A stretch of 34,148 bases of DNA from Octopus bimaculoides (lineage: Eukaryota), in assembly GCF_001194135.2 (NCBI RefSeq), contig NC_068987.1, forward strand, positions 21,852,322-21,886,469. The letters are read 5' to 3'. The notes under the pieces are model-generated. The model was given only the letters and a program-made list of their open reading frames with translations, searched no databases and was not told the DNA's origin. This document shows, one piece after another, positions 22,787 to 33,479 of this stretch; positions within the stretch are counted from its first letter, which is position 1, and every line of letters begins with the position of its first letter. The position numbers and the translations under genes are program-made.

Positions 22787-23121
22787 GACTCCCTTCCATC
22801 ATGAATGACCATGGGATTGCACCAAGAAAGTTCCCCTCCGAGGTACAAGTCTGGGCAAGGTTTTTTATAGAAGACCTGGAGTCACCAATGCATACCAGCC
22901 TCCCCTCTCCATGCCACCAATGTTATCCAAGGGAAAAGTAAAGGGGCCGATACAGCTTGGCACCAGTGATGTTGCAACTCATTTCTACAGCTGAGTGAAC
23001 TGGAGTAAGATGAAATAAAGTGTCTTGCTCAAGAACACAATACACTGCCCAATCCAGGAATTGAACTCACTACCTCATGATTGTGAGCCTGACACTCTAG
23101 CCACTGAGCCATGCGCCTTCA
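22787..23121 (-). mobile_element. tRNA-derived CORE-type SINE
   Basis: Head 'gtgaaggcgcatggctcagtggctagagtgtcaggctcacaatcatgaggtagtgagttcaattcc' (A and B boxes), then the CORE-like 'cttgagcaagacactttatttcatcttactccagttcactcagctgtagaaatgagt'. Confidence 0.85.
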
Positions 23122-24254
23122 CTATAATATATTTATTATAAAGAGAGAAAGAGATAATCAGTCAGACATATAGATAGATGATAGAGAAATATCATATGTT
23201 AACGAGCCTTAATCTAGAAATTAATAAAGTTTTGATCCTGACCACCCCCACCACTGCTGCCACCAGCGCCAGCACCACCACTATCACTGACACCAACATT
23301 ATCAGTATCCAATTTTTGGTTGACCCTGTTGCTTATATGAATTACATAAAAGTGCACTTGCTATGTTACCCTGACAAATCATCATCTAACATCATCATTA
23401 TCATCACCACCGCTAACACCAGCTCCCTCATGCAACTACTTTTTATTTATCAACCCCCACCACCACAACAACTGCCACTGTGACCACCAATACCGCCACC
23501 ACCACTACCACTACAACCACTGTCACCGCTGCTGCAAGACTGACACCACTGCCTGCAATATCATCATCATCATCATCATCATCATCATGTTTCTTCAGGT
23601 CATCAGTGTTGTAATCATCACTGTCATCATCATAATTGTCATTATCAACCTCATCATCATCATCATCATCATCATTGCTGTCATCTTCATCACCATCATC
23701 ATCGTTATCATCATCACCACCACTGCCACATTCAACATTTTCTACTACTAAATCAACATCATCAGAAATATGAGTGCCACCCATGCCCACTAAAATGCAC
23801 ACACACACACAAACTCACACACACACACACACAGTATGTATTCATTTATTGTAAACAAGATCAAGAAATATTATACTAACAACAATATCAGATTGCATAA
23901 GACAGACTTTGTTTACAAAGATGTTGCAAAACAGGCAATTTTTAGACAAGGAAAAAATTAGGGTGGAAGGGATAGGGAATATGAGGGACAGGGAGAGGCG
24001 AAAAGAAAATGAGAGAAACAAAAACTAAATATGTATATATATATTTATATGTGTGTGTATACCTATGTGTGAGATGTGTGGCTATATATATTTATATTTA
24101 CATACATGATGTATGCGTGTATGTATCTGTAGTTATCTATCAATATTTATGCTGATATATATGTGTGTGTGTGTGTGTGTGTATGTGTATGAGCATAAAT
24201 GTGGCTAAATATATATATATATATATATATGTACACACACACACACACACCTGT

Positions 24255-24412
24255 ACAAAATTTGTCTGCGTTAGGAAGGGCATCCAGCTGTAGAAACTCT
24301 GCCAAATCAGATTGGAGCCTGGTGTAGCCATCTGGTTCACCAGTTCTCAGTCAAATCGTCCAACCCATGCTAGCATGGGTTGCGGACGTTAAACGATGAT
24401 GATGATGATGAT
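24255..24412 (-). mobile_element. Interspersed repeat family 3, 5' part
   Basis: Reverse complement of the 21419 copy. Confidence 0.8.
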
Positions 24413-24424
24413 ATGTATGTATCT

Positions 24425-25246
24425 TAGGTGTCGGCAACCTAAACCAGGCCGCAGGCCACTGGGCCAAGTCAAGGCCACTTCGTGGGCCACACCCCTGCTC
24501 CCAACCCGAAAAAATAACAAAGATGCAAAATCAATGATAATAAATGTAAATTGAACCTTTATTAAGACTTGCAGTAATCACGTGAAATAATTGATGTGAA
24601 GGCTGGGGATTCTTTGAAATAAAACGTTAATGTCCGGCTTGATGGACGAGGAGGCCAGGAGGAGAACGTCTTGAAGATGAGCGTCTGTAAGCAGTGCTCT
24701 CGTCTTGTTCTTCATCAGCTTTATGCAGCTGAACAGCTGCTCGCAAGAGTATGTGGACCCGAACAAGAGCTGGAAAAGCACAGGAGGCTGAAAGCGAGCG
24801 CCAGAACTCCATGGGCGACGCAAGCACAAAGTTTGCATGGTGGTTCTCTGAGCACTGGAACTCAATGAGTTGGCCACTTCCACAGAATCCACATCAAAGG
24901 GAGCGAAGAATATCTTGAGCTCCTCACAGGCACACACATCTTTGAAGCGCCTCTCGATCTCGGCTCGCAGCTCAGACAAAAGGATGATTTCCTCTTTCTC
25001 TCTAACTCTATCAGAATTCTTCTCCAAAGTTACAGTTATTCAGTGTCAGTATTATGAAAGTAGGGAACTGTTCTGGCTGGGGAGAAGACGGCTGCTGATT
25101 GGCTCTGTTAAATTTGCCGTTGGTTCAAAAAATCCCACTGGGTCACAGAAAATGTCTCGCGGGCCGCACCTAATGGAAATCCAATCCAGACAAGGCGCTG
25201 TGGGCTGTGTGGGAGGAGCTCACAGACTACAGGTTGCCGACGCCAG
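24425..25246 (-). mobile_element. Internally deleted hAT (Charlie/SPIN-like) transposon with TIRs, 8-bp TSD and transposase C-terminal remnant
   Basis: TIRs taggtgtcggcaacct and reverse complement ctggcgtcggcaacct (13/16 match). TSD atgtatct / atgtatat. The remnant LFGSTYSCEQLFSCIKLMKNKTRALLTDAHLQDVLLLASSSIKPDI matches the hAT dimerisation domain (GTF2IRD2/ZBED-type). Confidence 0.9.
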
Positions 25247-25288
25247 ATGTATATAGTTATATGTATCTTTATACATACATATATATAT

Positions 25289-25432
25289 GGCACTCAGTCG
25301 ATTATGATGATGGGGGTTCCAGTTGACCCAATCAACAGAACAGCTTGCTCATAAAATTAATATGCATGTAGTTGAGCACTCCACAGACACATGTACCCTC
25401 AATGTAGTTGTCAGGGAGAATCACACAAACAC
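25289..25432. repeat. Fragment of a further SINE-like family
   Basis: GC-richer 'ggcactcagtcgattatgatgatgggggttccagttgaccc...gagcactccacagacacatgtaccc', inserted after (TA)n. Confidence 0.45.
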
Positions 25433-25616
25433 ACACAACTTTTGAAAGGAAAAGGCCAACAGTGACGTCCAATTTTCAATTTGTTTGCCTTTAATGTGAC
25501 AAAGGTAAGCACAACTTATTCCTTCTAAAAGTTTTTATGAGCATTTTACTCTACTGAAAGATATTGAGCAATCCTTCAGTTTAATTTTAAATTGCTTTTG
25601 TAAATCACTTAAAATT

Positions 25617-26020
25617 AAGCTTGCTTACCAACCACATGGTTCCGGGTTCATTCCCACTGTGTGGCATCTTGGGCAAGCGTCTTCTACTATAGCCTCGGGT
25701 CGACCAAAGCCTTGTGAGTGGATTTGGTAGACGGAAACTGAAAGAAGCCTGTTGTATATATGTATATATATATGTATGTGTGTGTATATGTATGTGTGTG
25801 TATATGTTTGTGTGTCTGTGTTTGTCTCCCCAACATCGCTTGACAACCGATGCTGGTGTGTTTATGTCCCCGTAACTTAGTGGTTCGGCAAAAGAGACCG
25901 ATAGAATAATTACTAGGCTTACAAAGAATAAGTCCTGGGGTCGATTTGCTCGACTAAAGGCGGTGCTCCAGCATGGCCGCAGTCAAATGACTGAAACAAG
26001 TAAAAGAGTAAAGAGTAAGA
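25617..26020 (+). mobile_element. SINE family 1, slightly 5'-truncated
   Basis: Matches 5317-5725, with an (AAGAGT)n tail. Confidence 0.9.
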
Positions 26021-26207
26021 GTATACACACACACACACGCACTAATATGTGCACACATATAAAAGTACATTTATGCTTATGTTCACATGCATATACACAA
26101 ACTTACATCGATACACACACACATAGAAAGAGAAAGAGAAGAAGATTGAAAGAGATAGAAAAACATGCACATATGTTTATGCTGCTCACTGTTTGTTATC
26201 TTGCATG

Positions 26208-26271
<64 letters not shown>

Positions 26272-27797
26272 TGTGTGATGAAAAAAGAACCTGCTTACAA
26301 ACAGCCTGAACAAAACAAAATGTTTTTCTTTCAAAATGCAACAACAACAAAAATTGCAACAAAAGTACAAAGACATGGCGTCGGAAAGAGGTGGGTTGGG
26401 TGGCAGGGCGTGTTTTGATGCTCAGAGTTGTGATTCATTAGAAAGTTACGTCTTCACTCAGTGACCACCCATCACCTCCCCCACCCCTCCACTCCATATC
26501 TGTTGGCACCCTGTTCACACCTCTACTGATACCTAGAATATTTAGAACAAAGTACATTTAAAAGAGTCCATAGTAATAGTAACGTTTCTCTCATGTTAGT
26601 AGACAGCAGATACATGCATACATACATACATACATACACACATACACACACACACACACATACACACACACACACACATACACACACACACACACATACA
26701 CACACACACATACACANNNNNNNNNNNNNNNNNNNNNNNNNNNNNNNNNNNNNNNNNNNNNNNNNNNNNNNNNNNNNNNNNNNNNNNNNNNNNNNNNNNN
26801 NNNNNNNNNNNNNNNNNNNNNNNNNNNNNNNNNNNNNNNNNNNNNNNNNNNNNNNNNNNNNNNNNNNNNNNNNNNNNNNNNNNNNNNNNNNNNNNNNNNN
26901 NNNNNNNNNNNNNNNNNNNNNNNNNNNNNNNNNNNNNNNNNNNNNNNNNNNNNNNNNNNNNNNNNNNNNNNNNNNNNNNNNNNNNNNNNNNNNNNNNNNN
27001 NNNNNNNNNNNNNNNNNNNNNNNNNNNNNNNNNNNNNNNNNNNNNNNNNNNNNNNNNNNNNNNNNNNNNNNNNNNNNNNNNNNNNNNNNNNNNNNNNNNN
27101 NNNNNNNNNNNNNNNNNNNNNNNNNNNNNNNNNNNNNNNNNNNNNNNNNNNNATATATATATATATATATATAGGTTATGAGAGATAATGGTGACAATAA
27201 GACCCAAAGGTTTCAGGTAATGCTGAGTAAGTGCTGTGGATAGACCATAGTTAAGCTTCAGGTTTGGTGATTATGCGAATAAGGGGTCCAACGTAGGTCA
27301 TATATCAGCATGTGCATATAATGATTTACTTTTCATAATGGAGATAAAAAAAAACCAAGGCTGTGTATGTTTTAGAACATTTATAAATAGAAGGTCTTAC
27401 AGCTGTTTCCAGGATATTTATTATACCCCTTCATTGGCCGCTTCAAATTTTTCAAGATGGGGGTTGTGGAGGGTTCTTATAGGATTTCAGGTTGTAGCCG
27501 TATGGCTGGGCATGTTTTCACAGAAGATTAGAAATAAACAACACTGCTTGTATGGTTATGGCACTCATTCATAACAATCATGCAACACACACGTTTTATT
27601 TTGGTCAACTTGGTCTCTTGTTTCTCTTAAAACACCGAGCTCCCACAGATGAAACTCAGAGTAGCAAGAGATTGACTTGGTCACAATAAAATGTATTCTT
27701 AATCTCTACTATAGTTTTAATTACTCTTTTTTTTCCACCACTTATCACTAAGCACGTATCTATCTATTTATCTATCTAAAGACATACACTCATATAC

Positions 27798-27841
<44 letters not shown>

Positions 27842-27904
27842 CAAAGAATATATATGCATGTATACACACATATATGTACATACTTACATCTACATGTGTA
27901 TATA

Positions 27905-28060
27905 GATGCATATCAGGGTACAGGACGTTAGAACAATGAACTACAGACAACGGAATGAACACATAAGAAAACAGATAGCCACTTGGAATTAATCCTTCGT
28001 CAGCTGCCTCTATTCTAACTAGACGTTTCGAAGATAAGGCAGAACGTACTCTAGAATAGT
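27905..28060 (-). mobile_element. Penelope-type remnant next to a (TA)n array
   Basis: Minus strand reads 'cttcgaaacgtctagttagaatagaggcagctgacgaaggattaattcc'; both CGAAACGTC and CTGANGAAG motifs are typical of PLE pLTRs. Confidence 0.45.
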
Positions 28061-28819
28061 CTCTTCCTGAGTAGTGGATCGACCCACTAAACAGAGAATT
28101 CCAAGGTGGCAAACACAAATNNNNNNNNNNNNNNNNNNNNNNNNNNNNNNNNNNNNNNNNNNNNNNNNNNNNNNNNNNNNNNNNNNNNNNNNNNNNNNNN
28201 NNNNNNNNNNNNNNNNNNNNNNNNNNNNNNNNNNNNNNNNNNNNNNNNNNNNNNNNNNNNNNNNNNNNNNNNNNNNNNNNNNNNNNNNNNNNNNNNNNNN
28301 NNNNNNNNNNNNNNNNNNNNNNNNNNNNNNNNNNNNNNNNNNNNNNNNNNNNNNNNNNNNNNNNNNNNNNNNNNNNNNNNNNNNNNNNNNNNNNNAACAC
28401 GTGGATAAACTACAGAAACTTGAACAAAATGTTGAAAGTCAGGACAGCAGACATCTGCTATTTCATTCTTCAACTGCCAAAGTGAAGAAAGTGAATTCTT
28501 AGGAATGATGTAAACAAAACTATAGTCTCTTCCTGAGTAGTGGATCGACCCACTAAACAGAGAATTCCAAGGTGGCAAACACAAATTAAGACAGGAAAAA
28601 TTGGACAGTGAAAACAACATTAAATATATATATATATAAATCTGTGGTGGGGGGAACCTACACAATAATTTTAACACCGTTGTGGGAATAGAACACGTGG
28701 ATAAACTACAGAAACTTGAACAAAATGTTGAAAGTCAGGACAGCAGACATCTGCTATTTCATTCTTCAACTGCCAAAGTGAAGAAAGTGAATTCTTAGGA
28801 ATGATGTAAACAAAACTAT
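28057..28819. repeat. Tandem duplication with a 296-bp unit, partly across a gap
   Basis: 28396-28522 is repeated at 28692-28818, and 28057-28120 is repeated at 28523-28586. Confidence 0.85.
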
Positions 28820-29074
28820 TAATAGTACAAACATGTTTATGCAATGATAGAAAGTTATCAACCGAGGTTTAATAACAAGTTAGTGAACGAACTGAGTGTG
28901 GTTATGAAGAAATATAAATATCAAATACAATAACACACACATATATTTACATGCTATTAATAACTCTATGTGTGTGCCTTGAGATGTAGTTTTCCCCAAA
29001 AGAACATATATATGTATGTATATATACACTCACAGTTATATATGTACATATGTAATGTGTATATATATATATAC

Positions 29075-29265
29075 AGTCACCATGATTGATCACTAAATCC
29101 ACAAGTTTTTTCATTCCGTCTCTGTTTATTTTGTGTTCTTTTCTGTTGAAGAGCGTAGGCTCGAAACGTAAAAGATTTTCTCACTTACCCGAGTGTCAAA
29201 CTAATACACCTGCTTGTTGTTTATACACCTGTCTTTGTCATTTGTTTTTCTGTAAATTTCAATTA
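29075..29265 (+). mobile_element. Penelope-type short repeat, copy 3 (best hammerhead-like fold at 29137-29175)
   Basis: 'ttcttttCTGTTGAAgagcGTAGgctcGAAACGTAaaaga'. Confidence 0.6.
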
Positions 29266-29299
29266 TATGTACATATATATNNNNNNNNNNACAACAACA

Positions 29300-29512
29300 A
29301 CAACAACAATCCTTCCTACTGAAGGGCACAAAGCCTGCTGAAATTTGGGGGGACGGGGACTAGTCAATTACATCAGCCTCAATATTTCACTGGTACTTAA
29401 TTTATCAACCCTGAAAGGACAAAAGGGAAAGCCAGCCTAAGTAGAACTTGAACTCAGAATGTAAAGACAGACGAAACACTGCTAATGATTCTGCCAGCTC
29501 ACCGCCTTATAT
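29300..29512 (-). mobile_element. SINE family 2
   Basis: Minus-strand head 'aaggcggtgagctggcagaatcattagcag' and tail 'gaaggattgttgttg'. Confidence 0.8.
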
Positions 29513-29825
29513 AAGAATATTAATAATAACAATAATCCTTGGATAGAATTTATAAGCATTTAATGCATCGCTATGCAAATTTCCCCAAATCACATGTCTC
29601 TTAAGATCACAGTCCGTATTCCTGGGATGATAACAGTTTAATCTGTAGTTTCCATGGGCATTGGGTTGATCATTTTCATGATCTTTGATGCAACCCCAAA
29701 AAACTGGTTCACCATTTAGCATCATTAGATTGTGGTCAACATAATGGAATAGGAGCTTTTTTTGCATATTCAAAATGTTACCCGTAAACAAATTTAAAAG
29801 ATATATCTATATATCTATATACTTT

Positions 29826-30125
29826 CAAGCAAGATCGTTGCCAGTGCCCCTGGACTGGCTCTTGTGCGGGTGGCACATAAAATACACCATTTTGAGCGTG
29901 GCCGTTGTCAGTACCGCCTGACTGGCCTTCGTGCCGGTGGCATGTAAAAGCACCCACTACACTCCAAGAGTGGTTGGTGTTAGGAAGGGCATCCAGCTGT
30001 AGAAACTCTGCCAAATCAGATTGGAGCCTAGTGTAGCCATCTGGTTTCACCAGTCCTCAGTCAAATCATCCAACCCATGCTAGCATGGAAAGCGGACGTT
30101 GAATGATATTGATGATGGTGATGAT
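29826..30125 (-). mobile_element. Interspersed repeat family 3, near-complete copy
   Basis: Includes the (CAT)n head, the 'ggatgcccttcctaacaccaacc' core and the 3' repeated 'gtgccacc' motifs. Confidence 0.8.
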
Positions 30126-30633
30126 CTATATATCTATATACTTTCAAGCAAGANNNNNNNNNNNNNNNNNNNNNNNNNNNNNNNNNNNNNNNNNNNNNNN
30201 NNNNNNNNNNNNNNNNNNNNNNNNNNNNNNNNNNNNNNNNNNNNNNNNNNNNNNNNNNNNNNNNNNNNNNNNNNNNNNNNNNNNNNNNNNNNNNNNNNNN
30301 NNNNNNNNNNNNNNNNNNNNNNNNNNNNNNNNNNNNNNNNNNNNNNNNNNNNNNNNNNNNNNNNNNNNNNNNNNNNNNNNNNNNNNNNNNNNNNNNNNNN
30401 NNNNNNNNNNNNNNNNNNNNNNNNNNNNNNNNNNNNNNNNNNNNNNNNNNNNNNNNNNNNNNNNNNNNNNNNNNNNNNNNNNNNNNNNNNNNNNNNNNNN
30501 NNNNNNNNNNNNNNNNNNNNNNNNNNNNNNNNNNNNNNNNNNNNNNNNNNNNNNNNNNNNNNNNNNNNNNNNNNNNNNNNNNNNNNNNNNNNNNNNNNNN
30601 NNNNNNNNNNNNNNNNNNNNNNNNNNNNNNNNN

Positions 30634-30905
30634 NCAGTGTGGAAGATGTTTATAAGCCATTTAAGAACACACAAAAAAGCTGTTAGATTCACTTCAATAT
30701 TTTAATTTAATTTGTGTCAAAATATTTTTTTCGCTTTGAAACTGTGAAAATATTTTGACACAAATTAAATCTAAATGTTGAAGTGAATCTAACGGTTTTT
30801 TGTGTGTTCTTAAATGGCTTATAAACATCTTCCATGCTGCAATTGTTTTTGTTTCAGCACACGATCTCAGATCAAGTCACTTGTTATGCAAGTACATCTT
30901 TGTAA
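30634..30905. mobile_element. Foldback/MITE-like element with an internal palindrome of about 190 bp
   Basis: Arms 30640-30727 and 30747-30833 are near-perfect reverse complements (tggaagatgtttataagcc... / ...ggcttataaacatcttcca). Confidence 0.75.
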
Positions 30906-31249
30906 TATATATATATATACACACACATATGATAGAGAGAGAACATGGAATACTCGGGAAACTTTATAAATCACAACGATTGTTTCGACACATCCTGCAT
31001 TAATCCCTCGGCATACTACTAAGAAAATACCCAACACTTACAGATATATATGTATATATGAATATTTTATATATTTTTTATGAGTCCAAAACAAATCAAA
31101 TTATAAAAATTAATAATACAGATCAATGATTAGTACTATTACCTGGTATTTCAAATTTATGGAGAAAAGTTGTTGATAGGTATCGTAGTAACCATCAACT
31201 TGTTTGTTAATTTTCATAACTTGGATTGTTTTGGCATTACATAAAAATG

Positions 31250-31655
31250 TACTCTTTTACTTTTTAACTTGTTTCAGTCATTTGACTGCGGCCATGCTGG
31301 AGCACCGCCCTTAGTCAAGCAAATCGACCCCGGGACTTATTCTTTGTAAGCCTAGTACTTATTCTATCGGTCTCTTTTGCCGAACCGCTAAATTACAGGT
31401 ACGTAAACACACCAGCATCGGTTGTCAAGCAACGGTGGCAGGACAAACACAGACACACAAACACACACACACATATACATATATATATATATATACGACG
31501 GGCTTCTTTCAGTTTCCGTCTACCAAATCCACTTACAAGGCTTTGGTCGGCCCGAGGCTATAGTAGAAGACACTTGCCCAAGATGCCATGCAGTGGGACT
31601 GAACCCGAAACTATGTGGTTGGTAGGAAGCTACTTACCACACAGATACTCCTGTG
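31250..31655 (-). mobile_element. SINE family 1
   Basis: Full two-part structure. Additional head fragments at about 33030-33060 (+) and 33210-33350 (-). Confidence 0.9.
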
Positions 31656-32558
31656 CCTATGTATTTACAATATCTATCTATCTATATATNNNNNNNNNNN
31701 NNNNNNNNNNNNNNNNNNNNNNNNNNNNNNNNNNNNNNNNNNNNNNNNNNNNNNNNNNNNNNNNNNNNNNNNNNNNNNNNNNNNNNNNNNNNNNNNNNNN
31801 NNNNNNNNNNNNNNNNNNNNNNNNNNNNNNNNNNNNNNNNNNNNNNNNNNNNNNNNNNNNNNNNNNNNNNNNNNNNNNNNNNNNNNNNNNNNNNNNNNNN
31901 NNNNNNNNNNNNNNNNNNNNNNNNNNNNNNNNNNNNNNNNNNNNNNNNNNNNNNNNNNNNNNNNNNNNNNNNNNNNNNNNNNNNNNNNNNNNNNNNNNNN
32001 NNNNNNNNNNNNNNNNNNNNNNNNNNNNNNNNNNNNNNNNNNNNNNNNNNNNNNNNNNNNNNNNNNNNNNNNNNNNNNNNNNNNNNNNNNNNNNNNNNNN
32101 NNNNNNNNNNNNNNNNNNNNNNNNNNNNNNNNNNNNNNNNNNNNNNNNNNNNNNNNNNNNNNNNNNNNNNNNNNNNNNNNNNNNNNNNNNNNNNNNNNNN
32201 NNNNNNNNNNNNNNNNNNNNNNNNNNNNNNNNNNNNNNNNNNNNNNNNNNNNNNNNNNNNNNNNNNNNNNNNNNNNNNNNNNNNNNNNNNNNNNNNNNNN
32301 NNNNNNNNNNNNNNNNNNNNNNNNNNNNNNNNNNNNNNNNNNNNNNNNNNNNNNNNNNNNNNNNNNNNNNNNNNNNNNNNNNNNNNNNNNNNNNNNNNNN
32401 NNNNNNNNNNNNNNNNNNNNNNNNNNNNNNNNNNNNNNNNNNNNNNNNNNNNNNNNNNNNNNNNNNNNNNNNNNNNNNNNNNNNNNNNNNNNNNNNNNNN
32501 NNNNNNNNNNNNNNNNNNNNNNNNNNNNNNNNNNNNNNNNNNNNNNNNNNNNNNNNTA

Positions 32559-32981
32559 ATCATAAATATATAGGGATTGACAGTAACCTGCTTCTCCAAC
32601 ATACTGAGAATTCAGAAATAGCAGTCAAAGAACTACTGATTTCAAAACTACAAATTATTACTCCAGATTGATAGCGATATTTTTGATACACACAGAACAA
32701 AAAACAGTAGAGAAGAGTAAAAAAAAAACAAAAAAAACCACCTGCCTTTACTCTTTACTCTTTATTCTTTACTCTTAACTGTGAAACGATCGTACTAAAT
32801 TAACTAAAGGCAGGTGGTTTTTTTTACTCTTCTCTACTGTTTTTTGTTCTGTGTGTATCAAAAATATCGCTATCAATCTGGAGTAATAATTTGTAGTTTT
32901 GAAATCAGTAGTTCTTTGACTGCTATTTCTGAATTCTCAGTATGTTGGAGAAGCAGGTTACTGTCAATCCCTATATATTTA

Positions 32982-32985
<4 letters not shown>
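32559..32985. repeat. Perfect inverted repeat (181-bp arms, 54-bp spacer)
   Basis: 32559-32750 versus 32805-32985 are identical except for an 11-nt indel in an A-run. Confidence 0.9.
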
Positions 32986-33029
<44 letters not shown>

Positions 33030-33420
33030 AGGTGCAGGAGTGGCTGTGTGGTAAGTAGCTTCTCAGAATGGTCAGTCAGTATAACCTTGTCACTAATACC
33101 AAATTTCGTTCGATGGGTGAAAAATTATTTCAGTTTACCACTAGATGTATGTATATGCACACACTGGATGTATGTACATATACATTTGTAGATTAATAGC
33201 AAGCTCGTATAAGTTTCAGTCTACTAAATCCACACATAAGTCTTTTGTCTACTTGGTGTTTTAGTGGAAATCATTCGCCCAAGGTGCCATGCAGTGGAAC
33301 TGAACTCAAAACCTCATGGAGGGAGGTAAGATCTTAACTACACTGCTATCCCTATGTTTATTTGGTGAAATAAACATCAGACATACTTTGTCCCACACAC
33401 AAACTGCAGGAGACACTCAC

Positions 33421-33479
33421 CTCTGAGTGTCTCCTGCAGCTTTCACATACACACAGATACAAAGTGTTTTGTAGTCTTT
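33421..33479 (-). other. Candidate 59-nt 5'-UTR exon of the minus-strand gene
   Basis: Acceptor 'tttcatttaatattcacag|' and consensus donor 'cagag|gtgagt'; contains ATG-TGA at 33448-33443. Confidence 0.45.

Noticed and set aside
23178-23808. Asp-rich and Thr-rich ORFs
   Set aside because: These are translations of degenerate (CAT)n/(CAC)n microsatellites, with no convincing splice sites.
27338-27574. Plus-strand 78-aa ORF and a minus-strand GTAAGA donor at 27400
   Set aside because: There is no good acceptor, upstream frames contain stops, and there is no recognisable homology.
4064-32671. Long ORFs in the supplied track dominated by X (for example 12441-13501, 14100-15008, 21494-22306, 31574-32671)
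   Set aside because: They are artefacts of N gaps and flanking (TA)n/(GT)n runs.
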